From the NCBI GenBank assembly GCA_046765915.1, contig JBKPTH010000002.1, positions 28,552-92,551 of the forward strand: a stretch of 64,000 nt of DNA, in the 5' to 3' direction. Below, one piece after another: positions 27,269 to 36,510 of the stretch (positions are counted from its first letter, which is position 1; every line of letters starts with the position of its first letter). Source of the DNA: Acidobacteriota bacterium (GTDB lineage: Bacteria > Acidobacteriota > Thermoanaerobaculia > Multivoradales > UBA5704). The translations under genes and the position numbers were made by a program. The notes under the pieces were generated by a model, which searched no databases, was not told the DNA's origin, and worked only from the letters and a program-made list of their open reading frames with translations.

Positions 27269-29299
27269 ATGGAGCTCCGGATCCGGCCCCAGATCCTCCT
27301 CCTGTTCCTCCTTGCCGCGAGCCTTCTGCCTCGCCTGCCGTTGCTGGTCAATGCGGAGGCGGCGTTCACCTCGGACGAGGCCGTCAACGCTCTGGCCGTC
27401 CAGCACCTCCTGGCGGGCCGGGAGCTTTCAGCCTTCAGTTGGGACGCTACCTACTACGGGATGGTCGAAGGTCTCCTGGCGGTCCCTTTCGTTGCGATCC
27501 TGGGCCCGACCGCGCTGGCCTTCAAGCTTGCGGCCGTCCTCGGCTTCCTGGCGCTCGTCGTGGCCGTGTTCTGCCTCGGCCGTGCTCTCTATGGTGAGAC
27601 GGAAGGGCTGGTGGCGGCAGGTCTCCTCGTCATCTTCTCCCCGCAGCTCCTGCGCTGGAGCACGCTGGCCGCCAGCGGTTTCTGCCTGATCGTCGCTTGG
27701 GGGACGCTGACGCTGCTCTGCCTGTACTACACGCTGCGAGAGCCGTCCCGCCGGCGTTTCGCGGCGCTCGGTTTCCTCGCTGGCTTCGGCCTCTACATCT
27801 TCGAGATGTACGTCCCTTATCTCGTGCTCCTCCTCCTAGCGGGGGGATTCACTTTTGTGGCGGCTGTCAGGAATCCGTCCATCTTTCGGCGATGGCTCAG
27901 CAGCGCGGCGGTCACGGCAGCGGGGTTCGCCTTAGGCGCAGCTCCCAAGCTCGCGCTAATCCTGTCGGGCGGGCGGGGAGCGAAGCGACCGGAATACACC
28001 CTGGCCGGGGGCGAGCAGATCCTCTCCAACCTCCGCCTGCTGGTGCGCGCCTGCATCCCCGCCCTGTTCGGCGTGAATCTCCATCCCAGATCGCCGCTCG
28101 AGCCCGAGAACGGGCCCGGGCTGGGGCCGCTCGCCTCCGGGCTCGGCGCCCTGCTCCTCCTCGGGTATGCCGCGGCCTGGGCGTGGGCGCTCGTTCGCTT
28201 CCTGCGGTCCCCGGCGCGAGATGCCGCGCGGAGATGGACTGAGGGGCTGCTCGTCGCGCTCGTCCCGCTCGTGACCCTGCTCTTCGTGCTCAGCCCCAAC
28301 CCCCAGGACGCGGGCTCCAACCGCTATCTCCTGCCCTGGCTGAGCGCGCTGCCGCTGGTGGGAGCCGCCTTGGTGGGGTGGGGACGCCGGAATCTTCCCA
28401 CCGCCCTTGCGGCGGGCCTCCTCGCGGTAGCTCTGCCTGCACTTCAGTCAGCCCTGTGGCTCGTCGACCGCGGCTTTCTCACTCCCTCGCTGGAGGTAGC
28501 GGAGAAACGGGAGCCGCTCCGCGGGGTTCTCCCAGTGCTCGCGGGCCGCGGGCTGATCGGAGGCTACGCCCGTTACTGGGACGCCTACAAGGCCACCTTC
28601 CTTGCCGGCGAGAAGCTCGTTTTCGTTCCCTACATGGGCTGGGACCGCTATCCACCCTACTCGCGGCGGCTGGGCGAGACGGAGCGGGTCGCCTGGATCT
28701 TCCCCGGGGAGCTTGTGGAGCTTATGCCCGCCGGGCGTGCGGAGGTGAACCTGCTGGAGGGGTGGCTGCAGAATCAGCTCGCCAGCTCAGGGCGTCCCTA
28801 TCGGGTACTCCACGCAGCCGGGTATCGCATCTATACGGGTTCAGACGGGCGGCGCCTCCTGCCGCCGCCGCTGCCTCTACAGCCGGTAGTGCTCGCCCGT
28901 CCGCGGACCGAGTTCCTATCCGCCGCCGTGCCGGCACGGGTTGCGGCCGGCTCGGAGATCGCCGTTCCGGTGAAGGTGCTCAACCGGAGCGATGCATTCT
29001 GGTCGGCGTCCGGCCTTCCCTTGCAGGCGGGCGCTCTGCGAGTCTCGGCCTCGTATCGATGGCTGGCGCCGGACGGCCGCGCTCTCGTGGCTGAGGGTGA
29101 GCGCTCGCTTCTGCCGGGAGACGTTCCGCCTGGCGGCATGCTCGATATGCTCGTCCGGGTGCCGGTCCCCGTCGCTACGGGTCCCCATCTCCTCCGCCTC
29201 ACCTTCGTTCAGGAGGGGGTGGCCTGGTTCGACCAAGTCTCTGGAGGCTTCTCCGACCAACCCGTCGAGATTTTCGCTATCCTCAAGGGGAGCCTTTGA
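27269..29299 (+). CDS. GT-C fold membrane glycosyltransferase (ArnT/PMT family-like)
   Basis: About 12 TM helices. The first periplasmic loop has an acidic DE motif (FTSDEAVN). A large C-terminal periplasmic domain follows. Confidence 0.55.
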   Translation: MELRIRPQILLLFLLAASLLPRLPLLVNAEAAFTSDEAVNALAVQHLLAGRELSAFSWDATYYGMVEGLLAVPFVAILGPTALAFKLAAVLGFLALVVAVFCLGRALYGETEGLVAAGLLVIFSPQLLRWSTLAASGFCLIVAWGTLTLLCLYYTLREPSRRRFAALGFLAGFGLYIFEMYVPYLVLLLLAGGFTFVAAVRNPSIFRRWLSSAAVTAAGFALGAAPKLALILSGGRGAKRPEYTLAGGEQILSNLRLLVRACIPALFGVNLHPRSPLEPENGPGLGPLASGLGALLLLGYAAAWAWALVRFLRSPARDAARRWTEGLLVALVPLVTLLFVLSPNPQDAGSNRYLLPWLSALPLVGAALVGWGRRNLPTALAAGLLAVALPALQSALWLVDRGFLTPSLEVAEKREPLRGVLPVLAGRGLIGGYARYWDAYKATFLAGEKLVFVPYMGWDRYPPYSRRLGETERVAWIFPGELVELMPAGRAEVNLLEGWLQNQLASSGRPYRVLHAAGYRIYTGSDGRRLLPPPLPLQPVVLARPRTEFLSAAVPARVAAGSEIAVPVKVLNRSDAFWSASGLPLQAGALRVSASYRWLAPDGRALVAEGERSLLPGDVPPGGMLDMLVRVPVPVATGPHLLRLTFVQEGVAWFDQVSGGFSDQPVEIFAILKGSL

Positions 29300-29470
29300 A
29301 GGCATCGCAGGCCGGTACTTGCAGCGAGTTCCCGGTTGCGTTTCTGAGTTCGCGTAAGTAGAGTCAGATCGTTATATGACCTCAAGTCAGGCTTCTTGGT
29401 GAGTTTGACGCTAGGACGGGTGGTGCGCCGTCGATTCTGACGGCGTCTCAGACGGAGAGACCCCGCGGAT

Positions 29471-29773
29471 ATGGAAAGACCCGAGGAGAGGCTGGAAGAG
29501 GCCCAGGTGAGTGGCCGCTCCGCAGCCGAGACGTTCGACCGCAAGCTGCGCGAACGCGAGCTCGCCGAGCGGGAGGCCCGCTTGACCCGCATGGCCTGGG
29601 GAGCCGAGGACGAGCCGCTCGCCCCATGGTCGAACGGACGCGAGCCCAACGACGAGGTCTGGCGCCTGCAACAAGACGTCGAGCGGCTGGCCGCTTTCCA
29701 TCGCGCGGTGCTCCAATCCAAGGGGTGGCGGGTGCTGCAAGCCTTGCGCCGTCCCTTTGGACGGAACTGGTGA
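29471..29773 (+). CDS. small coiled-coil protein
   Basis: GC3 is high. The stop is 2 nt before the next start. The C-terminus has the motif WRVLQALRRP. Confidence 0.35.
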   Translation: MERPEERLEEAQVSGRSAAETFDRKLRERELAEREARLTRMAWGAEDEPLAPWSNGREPNDEVWRLQQDVERLAAFHRAVLQSKGWRVLQALRRPFGRNW

Positions 29774-29775
29774 TG

Positions 29776-30069
29776 GCGAGCGAAGAGCAGTCGGAGATCG
29801 CCCGTCTGCAGGCCCAGGTGGCGGCTCTGGAGGCGGTGCTCGCTCGTCGCTCCCGGGAGCTGCGGCTGATCCAGAAATACATATGCCGGCGCGATCTCAT
29901 CCTCGTCTCGCGGTTGCTGTCGGGTTTTCCTCCTCTCCCGTTCGGCGCTTACGAGCCGGCCTTCTGGCAGGAGACGACCGCGCTCACCGGAGCTCATGTC
30001 GAGGAGACGCTGATCGACCTCTGGCGCTCGCTCGCGCCACTCCCCGAAAACCTCGATGAGCCGGCGTAA
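29776..30069 (+). CDS. small coiled-coil protein
   Basis: Heptad-like repeats (EIARLQAQVAALEAVL). Its stop overlaps the start of the downstream glycosyltransferase. Confidence 0.35.
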   Translation, partial: ASEEQSEIARLQAQVAALEAVLARRSRELRLIQKYICRRDLILVSRLLSGFPPLPFGAYEPAFWQETTALTGAHVEETLIDLWRSLAPLPENLDEPA

Positions 30070-31906
30070 AACCACGCTGATCATCCTGGCGTGGAATCGC
30101 TGGGACCTGACCGAGCACTGCCTCGAGACCTTGAGCAAGACCGATCTCGATGGCGCTGAGGTCCTGGTCGTCGACAACGGCTCTACGGACGAGACCCCGA
30201 AGCGCCTGGCCGTGCTCGACTGGGTGCGCGTGCTCACCCTCCCCAGGAATCTCGGCTTCGTCCGCGGCAACAACGCCGGCATCGAGGCGGCCGATCCCGG
30301 ATCGGACATCGTACTGCTCAACAACGACATGGAGCTCACGCAGCACGACTGGCTCCAGCGCCTGCAAGAGTGCGCCCACTCCGCGCCCGACGTCGGCGTC
30401 GTCGGCTGCCGTCTGGTGCTGCCCGACGGCTGTCTGCTTCATGCCGGCACCTATATCCTGCCCGATACCGTCTGGGGCCAGCAGATCGGCTCCCTCGAGA
30501 GGGACATCGGCCAATACCCGGGTGTACGCGAGGTCGAGGGGATCGTCTTCGCCTGCGCCTATATCCGGCGCGAAGTCCTCGACGCCATCGGCGGTCTGGC
30601 TCTCGACTTCGAGTCCTACTTCGAGGACACCGACTATTGCCTGCGCGCGCGGCAGGCCGGCTGGAAGACGGTCGTCTGCGGCGACGTGACCCTGGTCCAC
30701 AACGAGCACGGCTCGACGCAGAAGGACCCCCAGGCGTGGAAGAAGCTTTTCCAGACGAGCCGCAAGACCTTTCAACGCAAGTGGAATGCGGTGCTCAAGG
30801 GACGCTACCGGCGCCAGCTCTTCTGGCAGTCGATCATGAACTTCCCGACCGGCTATGCCATGAGCTGCCGTGAGATGCTGCATGCCTTGGAGGAGGAGGG
30901 GGTCAAGACCGCCTACCGCTACGTCTACGGTCCGGGGACGGTTTTTCCCGTCGCCGAGCCCGATTCGAGCGGCGACTATTGCCTGAACGTCATCCGCTCG
31001 CGTCCGGTGCCCTTCAGGCCGCCGGTGGCCGTGGTCTATGGGCAGGGTGATGTCTTCGAGCGCAACCGGGGAAAGTACAAGATCGGTTACACCATGCTCG
31101 AGGTTGACGGTTTTCCTGCGGAGTGGGTGCGCCAAGCCAACCGCATGGACGAGGTCTGGGTGCCCAGCGAGTTCAACCGGCAGGGGTTCCTGCGCTCGGG
31201 GCTCAAACGCCCGGTCCACGTCGTGCCCCTGGGCGTCGATATCAACTACTTCCACCCGGCCATGAAGGCCGAGCCCAACCCGATGGGCGACTTCATCTTT
31301 CTGTCCTTGTTCGAGTGGGGGGAGCGCAAGGAGCCCTGGCTGCTGCTCAAGGCCTTCAACGACGTGTTCTCGGCGCGCGAGCCGGTGCGCTTGCTTTGCA
31401 AGATCATGAACCGGGATCCGAGCGTGCGCATCAAGGAGGAGATCCAACGCCTGCGGCTCAAGCCCTCGGGCGGCAGGATCTCTTACCTTTTCAACCTGGA
31501 GTTCCCCCACTATGAGCTCGCCTCGCTCTACCGCTCGGCAGACTGCCTCGTTGCGGCCAGCCGCGGCGAGGGCTGGAACATGCCGCTTATCGAGGCCATG
31601 GCATGCGGCCTGCCGGCGATCGCCACGGACTGGGGCGCCCAGACCGATTTCTTCCACGCCGGGGTCGGTTATCCACTGCGCAGCCGCTGGACGGTGCCGG
31701 CAATCGCCAAGTGCCCCTATTATGCCGGTTTTTCCTGGGCCGATCCGGATCCCGACCATCTTCGCCATCTGTTGCGCGAAGTCTATGAGAATCGCGACGA
31801 GGCGGGGCGGCGCGGCCAGGCGGCGGCGGCCGAGGTGGCATCCCGCTGGACTTGGCAGAACACCGCGCGCAAAATCATGGCGCGGTTGGAAGCGATCGGG
31901 GGGTAA
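30056..31906 (+). CDS. bifunctional GT2 (rhamnosyltransferase-like) and GT4 glycosyltransferase
   Basis: The N-terminal GT2 has LIILAWNR...VVDNGSTD...EDTDYCLRARQAG. The C-terminal GT4 region is EGWNMPLIEAMACGLPAIATDWG. Confidence 0.7.
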   Translation: MSRRKTTLIILAWNRWDLTEHCLETLSKTDLDGAEVLVVDNGSTDETPKRLAVLDWVRVLTLPRNLGFVRGNNAGIEAADPGSDIVLLNNDMELTQHDWLQRLQECAHSAPDVGVVGCRLVLPDGCLLHAGTYILPDTVWGQQIGSLERDIGQYPGVREVEGIVFACAYIRREVLDAIGGLALDFESYFEDTDYCLRARQAGWKTVVCGDVTLVHNEHGSTQKDPQAWKKLFQTSRKTFQRKWNAVLKGRYRRQLFWQSIMNFPTGYAMSCREMLHALEEEGVKTAYRYVYGPGTVFPVAEPDSSGDYCLNVIRSRPVPFRPPVAVVYGQGDVFERNRGKYKIGYTMLEVDGFPAEWVRQANRMDEVWVPSEFNRQGFLRSGLKRPVHVVPLGVDINYFHPAMKAEPNPMGDFIFLSLFEWGERKEPWLLLKAFNDVFSAREPVRLLCKIMNRDPSVRIKEEIQRLRLKPSGGRISYLFNLEFPHYELASLYRSADCLVAASRGEGWNMPLIEAMACGLPAIATDWGAQTDFFHAGVGYPLRSRWTVPAIAKCPYYAGFSWADPDPDHLRHLLREVYENRDEAGRRGQAAAAEVASRWTWQNTARKIMARLEAIGG

Positions 31907-31921
31907 GGTTCGTAAACGGCT

Positions 31922-32863
31922 GTGAAATCCGCGACTTCCCTGGGCCTGCGGATCCTGACGGGCGTTCTCCTGCTCGCGGTGCTCCTGGTGGCGAACCCCG
32001 CCCCGCTCCTCACCGCCCTTCGCGGTGGGGACTTAGCCCGCTTAGCAGCCGCCGTAGTGCCATTTGTCGCCGTGCTCCTTCTGGATGCTCTACGATTTGC
32101 GCTGCTCTTCGAGCCCTACCACCTGCGATACCGAACAGCGGTGCGCGTCTCCCTGGCGAGTATGTTCGTCGGAAGCTTTACGCCAGGCTCCCTGGGAGGG
32201 GAAGCTTACAGGGTCTACTTCCTGCACCGCCGCGCACCGGGGCTGGTCCGTCCGATCGCGCTCACGGTGCTGCTCCGGCTAACCGGAATCGGTGCCAGCC
32301 TCTCACTCGCTGGACTCTATTTCGCCGTCTATCCCGGGCGGATTGCAAGGGGGAAAGATCTTCTACAGATCCGCTGGAGCGAGACCGCGCAGTCCGCTGT
32401 GGGATGGATTGGGCTCTTGCTCGCGGCCGGTTTGGGTGTCGTGATGGCGAGCCCCGGTGGGCGTGCCCTCTGCCGGCGCGCCGGAGTAGCCCTGGCCGAG
32501 GCAAGCAAAGGTGCGCGCCGCCCGCTACAGCTCGTCGGCCTGGCGCTGGCCAGTCTGCTGGTCGCTGCTGGGAGAATCGCATATCTCTTTCTTCTGGCGC
32601 GGGCCTTTTCACCGCACCTCTTCCTCCCAGACCTGGCACCGGTAGCAGCGGCGACGGCCGTTGCCGGAGCTCTCCCGATCACGATCGGCGGCCTGGGCAC
32701 ACAGGAGGGAGCGCTCGCGGCCGGACTCGTCCTCATCGGCCTGCCGTATCCCGAAGCGGTGGCAATCTCCCTCCTTAACCGAGGATTCCTGTGGAGTGCT
32801 GCGGCGGCCGGCTGGCTGTCCATGGGCAGCTCCTGGCGCGAAGGGATGCGGCCGGCCACCTGA
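31922..32863 (+). CDS. flippase-like membrane protein (lysylphosphatidylglycerol-synthase TM-region / UPF0104 family)
   Basis: About 8 TM helices. The TIGGLGTQEGALAAGL motif is typical of this family, which is often found next to polyprenyl-P-sugar GT2s. Confidence 0.5.
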   Translation: MKSATSLGLRILTGVLLLAVLLVANPAPLLTALRGGDLARLAAAVVPFVAVLLLDALRFALLFEPYHLRYRTAVRVSLASMFVGSFTPGSLGGEAYRVYFLHRRAPGLVRPIALTVLLRLTGIGASLSLAGLYFAVYPGRIARGKDLLQIRWSETAQSAVGWIGLLLAAGLGVVMASPGGRALCRRAGVALAEASKGARRPLQLVGLALASLLVAAGRIAYLFLLARAFSPHLFLPDLAPVAAATAVAGALPITIGGLGTQEGALAAGLVLIGLPYPEAVAISLLNRGFLWSAAAAGWLSMGSSWREGMRPAT

Positions 32864-32922
32864 GCGTCGGAAAACAAGTTGCGGCGAAGCCATGAGTCCA
32901 CTATGCTGCGCAAAGACTTCCG

Positions 32923-34716
32923 ATGGATACCCAAGCCCTCGATGATGCCGAGGCGGTCTCCGCTGACTATGGCGTAGAGACAACTGCGGCGAACCAGCAC
33001 GCCGAAACGCTGCTATCACGGCGGCGGTTCCGGGATCCAGGCCTCGCAGGGTTGGCGCTGTTGCCCCTCGTCTTGCTCGCGCTCGATTCGAACTGGATCT
33101 ACAGCGGCCCCCACCGTGACGCCTGGATCTACTTCGGCTACTTCCAGAACGCCATTTTCTATCTGAGGCATTTCCAGGACCTCTACTACTCATCTCGCCT
33201 CGCGGTCATACTTCCCGGATTCGTGGTCTATCACTTGCTCCCGCCGGTGGTCGCTAACTTTGTGCTCCATCTCGCCCTCTACTGGGCCGCCGTCCTGTCC
33301 TTCTACTACGTCACGAAAGAGCTTTTCGGGGCCCGGGTGGCGTTGCTCGCCGGGCTCGCCTTGGGCTGCCATCCGTACTTCCTCCAGGCGATCGGGTGGA
33401 ATCACCCCGACGCGTTCGGAATCACCTACTTCCTGTTGGCGCTACTCTTCCTGACCCAGGCCAGCATTTCTCCTGCATGGCGATTCCTGCTTCTGGCCGC
33501 GGGGGCCATGGCAACGGCCATCCTCTCGTCCAACCTCTTCTATGGGATTTACTTGCCTCTGCTGGCAGGACACTTCCTAGTGCTCAACCGGCAGCGCGGG
33601 CGTATCCCTCTGCTCCCGGCTGTAGCTTGTGTGGCGTCAGGAGCAGTCGGCATGCTCCTCCTTTTCGGGTCGCTGACCTGGATGCTCGGCGGCGAGTTCT
33701 TTTATTTTCGTTCGTCCCTGAAATTCGTCTCGGGCTCCATAGGAACCCCGAATATCTTTCGCGATCCCACCTACTCATGGCTGCTGTTGGCGGTCTGGCT
33801 CGTGTTTCCGGCGGTGGTTCTCTTCGGCGCAGCCATCCTTCTGGGGCGGTCACGGACCCGCGCCTCCTTGCGCCAGGACCGCCTGCTGCTATGGTCGCAG
33901 ATCCAGTTCCTCATTCTGCTCGCGGCCATGCTCTTCTTTCAGGTCTTCGGCGATACCGCGGTGCTGGAGCACTTCTACTATGCGAGCCTGTTGATCCCTT
34001 CCGCCTTCCTGGCCTTTGCAGGCCAGCTCCGGCAGTTGATGGACGGCCTTCCCGACCGACTGTTCACCGGGCTGGCAGCGGTCGTGGCATTGCTCCAGAT
34101 CGTGCCCCTGTGCGTGCCGATAGTCCATTCCCTCACGAAGGACGGGATGCCTTTCAAAGCCCCAGTCCCTCTGGCCCTCTTCGCCGGGCTCGGCGTCGCG
34201 GTCGCCATGTGGCGGAAGACGACCGGGATGCGGGCGATCCTGAATCTCTTCCTGTGCCTTGCGCTCTCGCAATTCCTGGTGCGGCAGGGGGGCACGATCT
34301 TCGAGCAATTCGAGCACCACGACGGCGACGGACGCGGCCTCTTTCGGCAGCTCAGCCACGCCGTGACGGCGATCGAGAGATTCGATCCTTCTCAGAATGC
34401 GCGCCTCTGGTATGACCTCGATGAGCACGATGGGAGGATCTACGATGCCGTGGCTTCCGCATTTCTGCTCTGCCCACGGATGATCGGGCTCGACTTTCCA
34501 GACATTCAAGCCGGCAGGATGTGCGACGGCGTCCAGCTCGGACCAGGCGTCCCGATCGCCATTCTCTCGGCGGACCCGGCCGCGTTCAAGAAAGCCGCTA
34601 CGGCGCTCCACAGCATCGGTCTCTCCGCCCAGTTTCTCGGGTGGGAAGAGATCGACGGTCCTTCGCGCGGATTCGCCCTCACGTACCTGCGGACCGAAAA
34701 AGGGCCTTCACCGTGA
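32923..34716 (+). CDS. large polytopic membrane protein of unknown function (possible GT-C-like glycosyltransferase or polymerase)
   Basis: About 13 TM helices with a C-terminal soluble domain. No recognisable motif. Confidence 0.45.
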   Translation: MDTQALDDAEAVSADYGVETTAANQHAETLLSRRRFRDPGLAGLALLPLVLLALDSNWIYSGPHRDAWIYFGYFQNAIFYLRHFQDLYYSSRLAVILPGFVVYHLLPPVVANFVLHLALYWAAVLSFYYVTKELFGARVALLAGLALGCHPYFLQAIGWNHPDAFGITYFLLALLFLTQASISPAWRFLLLAAGAMATAILSSNLFYGIYLPLLAGHFLVLNRQRGRIPLLPAVACVASGAVGMLLLFGSLTWMLGGEFFYFRSSLKFVSGSIGTPNIFRDPTYSWLLLAVWLVFPAVVLFGAAILLGRSRTRASLRQDRLLLWSQIQFLILLAAMLFFQVFGDTAVLEHFYYASLLIPSAFLAFAGQLRQLMDGLPDRLFTGLAAVVALLQIVPLCVPIVHSLTKDGMPFKAPVPLALFAGLGVAVAMWRKTTGMRAILNLFLCLALSQFLVRQGGTIFEQFEHHDGDGRGLFRQLSHAVTAIERFDPSQNARLWYDLDEHDGRIYDAVASAFLLCPRMIGLDFPDIQAGRMCDGVQLGPGVPIAILSADPAAFKKAATALHSIGLSAQFLGWEEIDGPSRGFALTYLRTEKGPSP

Positions 34717-34736
34717 CCGTGCGGTCCACGCGCGCC

Positions 34737-35891
34737 ATGGCCCGTCCTATGGTCGGGCTGGCGGAGGCCCCGATCCCGTTCAACCGCCCGGAACTCGCCG
34801 GTCGCGAGCTCGACTACGTGCGCGATGCTGTGGACCGGGGGCAACTGTCGGGAGACGGCTGCTACACCCGTCAGTGCCAGGAGCTCCTCTCCGAAATCCT
34901 GGGAGGGGCCCGCGTCTTGCTGACGACCTCGTGCACTCACGCCTTGGAGATGGCGGCGCTGCTGCTCGACATTGGTCCCGGGGACGATTTCATCGCCCCG
35001 TCCTTCACGTTCGTCTCTACCGTCAACGCTTTCGTCCTGCGCGGCGCCCGCCCGGTCTTCGCCGACATCCGGCCGGACACGCTTAACCTCGACGAGGAGC
35101 AGCTTTCTTCCGTCATCACGCCGCGGACCCGGGCGATCCTCCCGGTCCACTACGCCGGGATGGGCTGCGAGATGGACCGGATCCTCGAGGCGGCACACGC
35201 AGCGGGGGCCGCTGTGGTGGAAGACAACGCCCATGGGCTCTTCGGCGCCTGGCGCGGCCGCCCGCTGGGGACCTTCGGCGCCCTGAGCACGCTCAGCTTC
35301 CATGAGACCAAGAACGTCTTCTGCGGGGAAGGGGGCGCCCTGGTGATCAACGACCGCGCCCTCACCGCTCGGGCCGAGATCCTGCGCGAGAAGGGCACCG
35401 ACCGGAGCCGCTTCTTCCGCGGCGAGGTCGACCGCTACACCTGGGTCGATATGGGATCGAGCTACGTCCCCTCCGATCTCCTGGCCGCGTTTCTTCTGGC
35501 ACAGCTCGAAGCGCGGGAAACAATCCAGGCGAGGCGCTGCCGGATCTGGCAACGCTACCGAGAGGAGCTCGCTGACTGGGCTCTGGCGCATGGCACCCGC
35601 TTGCCGGTGGTCCCTAATGAATGCGGGCCGCCTTGGCATCTCTTCTATCTCCTACTCCCGTCGCTGGAGGAGCGCCAGGCGCTGATCGCTCATCTCAAGA
35701 GCCGCGGCATCCAGGCGGTTTTCCACTACCTCCCTCTCCACCTCTCCGAAATGGGGCGTCGGTTCGGAGGACGGCCAGGCGACTGCCCCGTGACGGAGAG
35801 CGTCAGCGATCGGCTCCTCCGCCTGCCCTTCTTTTCAGGGTTGACCGATTCCGAACAGACGCGGGTCATCGAGGCGATCCGCGCCTTCTAA
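34737..35891 (+). CDS. DegT/DnrJ/EryC1/StrS-family PLP-dependent sugar aminotransferase (WecE/ArnB-like)
   Basis: Contains DFIAPSFTFVSTVNA, VEDNAHG, and the lysine motif LSFHETKNVFCGEGG. Confidence 0.8.
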   Translation: MARPMVGLAEAPIPFNRPELAGRELDYVRDAVDRGQLSGDGCYTRQCQELLSEILGGARVLLTTSCTHALEMAALLLDIGPGDDFIAPSFTFVSTVNAFVLRGARPVFADIRPDTLNLDEEQLSSVITPRTRAILPVHYAGMGCEMDRILEAAHAAGAAVVEDNAHGLFGAWRGRPLGTFGALSTLSFHETKNVFCGEGGALVINDRALTARAEILREKGTDRSRFFRGEVDRYTWVDMGSSYVPSDLLAAFLLAQLEARETIQARRCRIWQRYREELADWALAHGTRLPVVPNECGPPWHLFYLLLPSLEERQALIAHLKSRGIQAVFHYLPLHLSEMGRRFGGRPGDCPVTESVSDRLLRLPFFSGLTDSEQTRVIEAIRAF

Positions 35892-35892
35892 G

Positions 35893-36510
35893 TCAGCCCT
35901 TCCGCGCCCGCAGGATAAAGTGACTGTAGGGGATAGGTAGCAGGTCCGTGACCAGCCTCTCCTCGATATCGGCGAAACGCGCTGCCACCAGTCTCCGGTA
36001 ACCCTCGGGAGTCCGCACGCGGCGGCCCCGGTCCCGGGAGATGAGAAAACGGGCGATCCACGACTGGTTGGAATGGAAGACTGGGTCTGAGGTGACGAAG
36101 CAGCCCCCCTCCCTCAGATGACCGTGGGCGTCGCGGATCAGGCGGTCAGCATCGGCATCGCTCAGGTGGTGAAGGACCCCCTTGGCCACCACGAGATCAA
36201 AGTCCCCTTCGAGCGGTGGCTCCTCTCCGACCCGGGCGCAGAAAAACCTGCCGCGGCTGCCGTAGCGCCGCTCGGCCTCGGCAACGTACCGGGGGTTCAG
36301 GTCGTAGCCGGTGTACTCCACGTCCGGCAGATCGTCGAGCAGCGAACCCGAACCGCAGCCGATGTCGAGGATCCTGGCGCCGGGAAACGGGAGTAGAAAA
36401 TTCCTCGCGAAGCGTTGCCGGGCTGCCCGAGCCCCGAGCGCCCGCTGAAACCCCTCGTACACGCCCGCCCACTCCAGGAGCCGGTAAATTCCGCTCGAGA
36501 GCTGCTCCAT
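35893..36510 (-). CDS. class I SAM-dependent methyltransferase
   Basis: Contains ILDIGCGSGS and VVAKGVLHHL. It shares an ATGA overlap with the upstream gene. Confidence 0.6.
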   Translation of the reverse strand: MEQLSSGIYRLLEWAGVYEGFQRALGARAARQRFARNFLLPFPGARILDIGCGSGSLLDDLPDVEYTGYDLNPRYVAEAERRYGSRGRFFCARVGEEPPLEGDFDLVVAKGVLHHLSDADADRLIRDAHGHLREGGCFVTSDPVFHSNQSWIARFLISRDRGRRVRTPEGYRRLVAARFADIEERLVTDLLPIPYSHFILRARKG

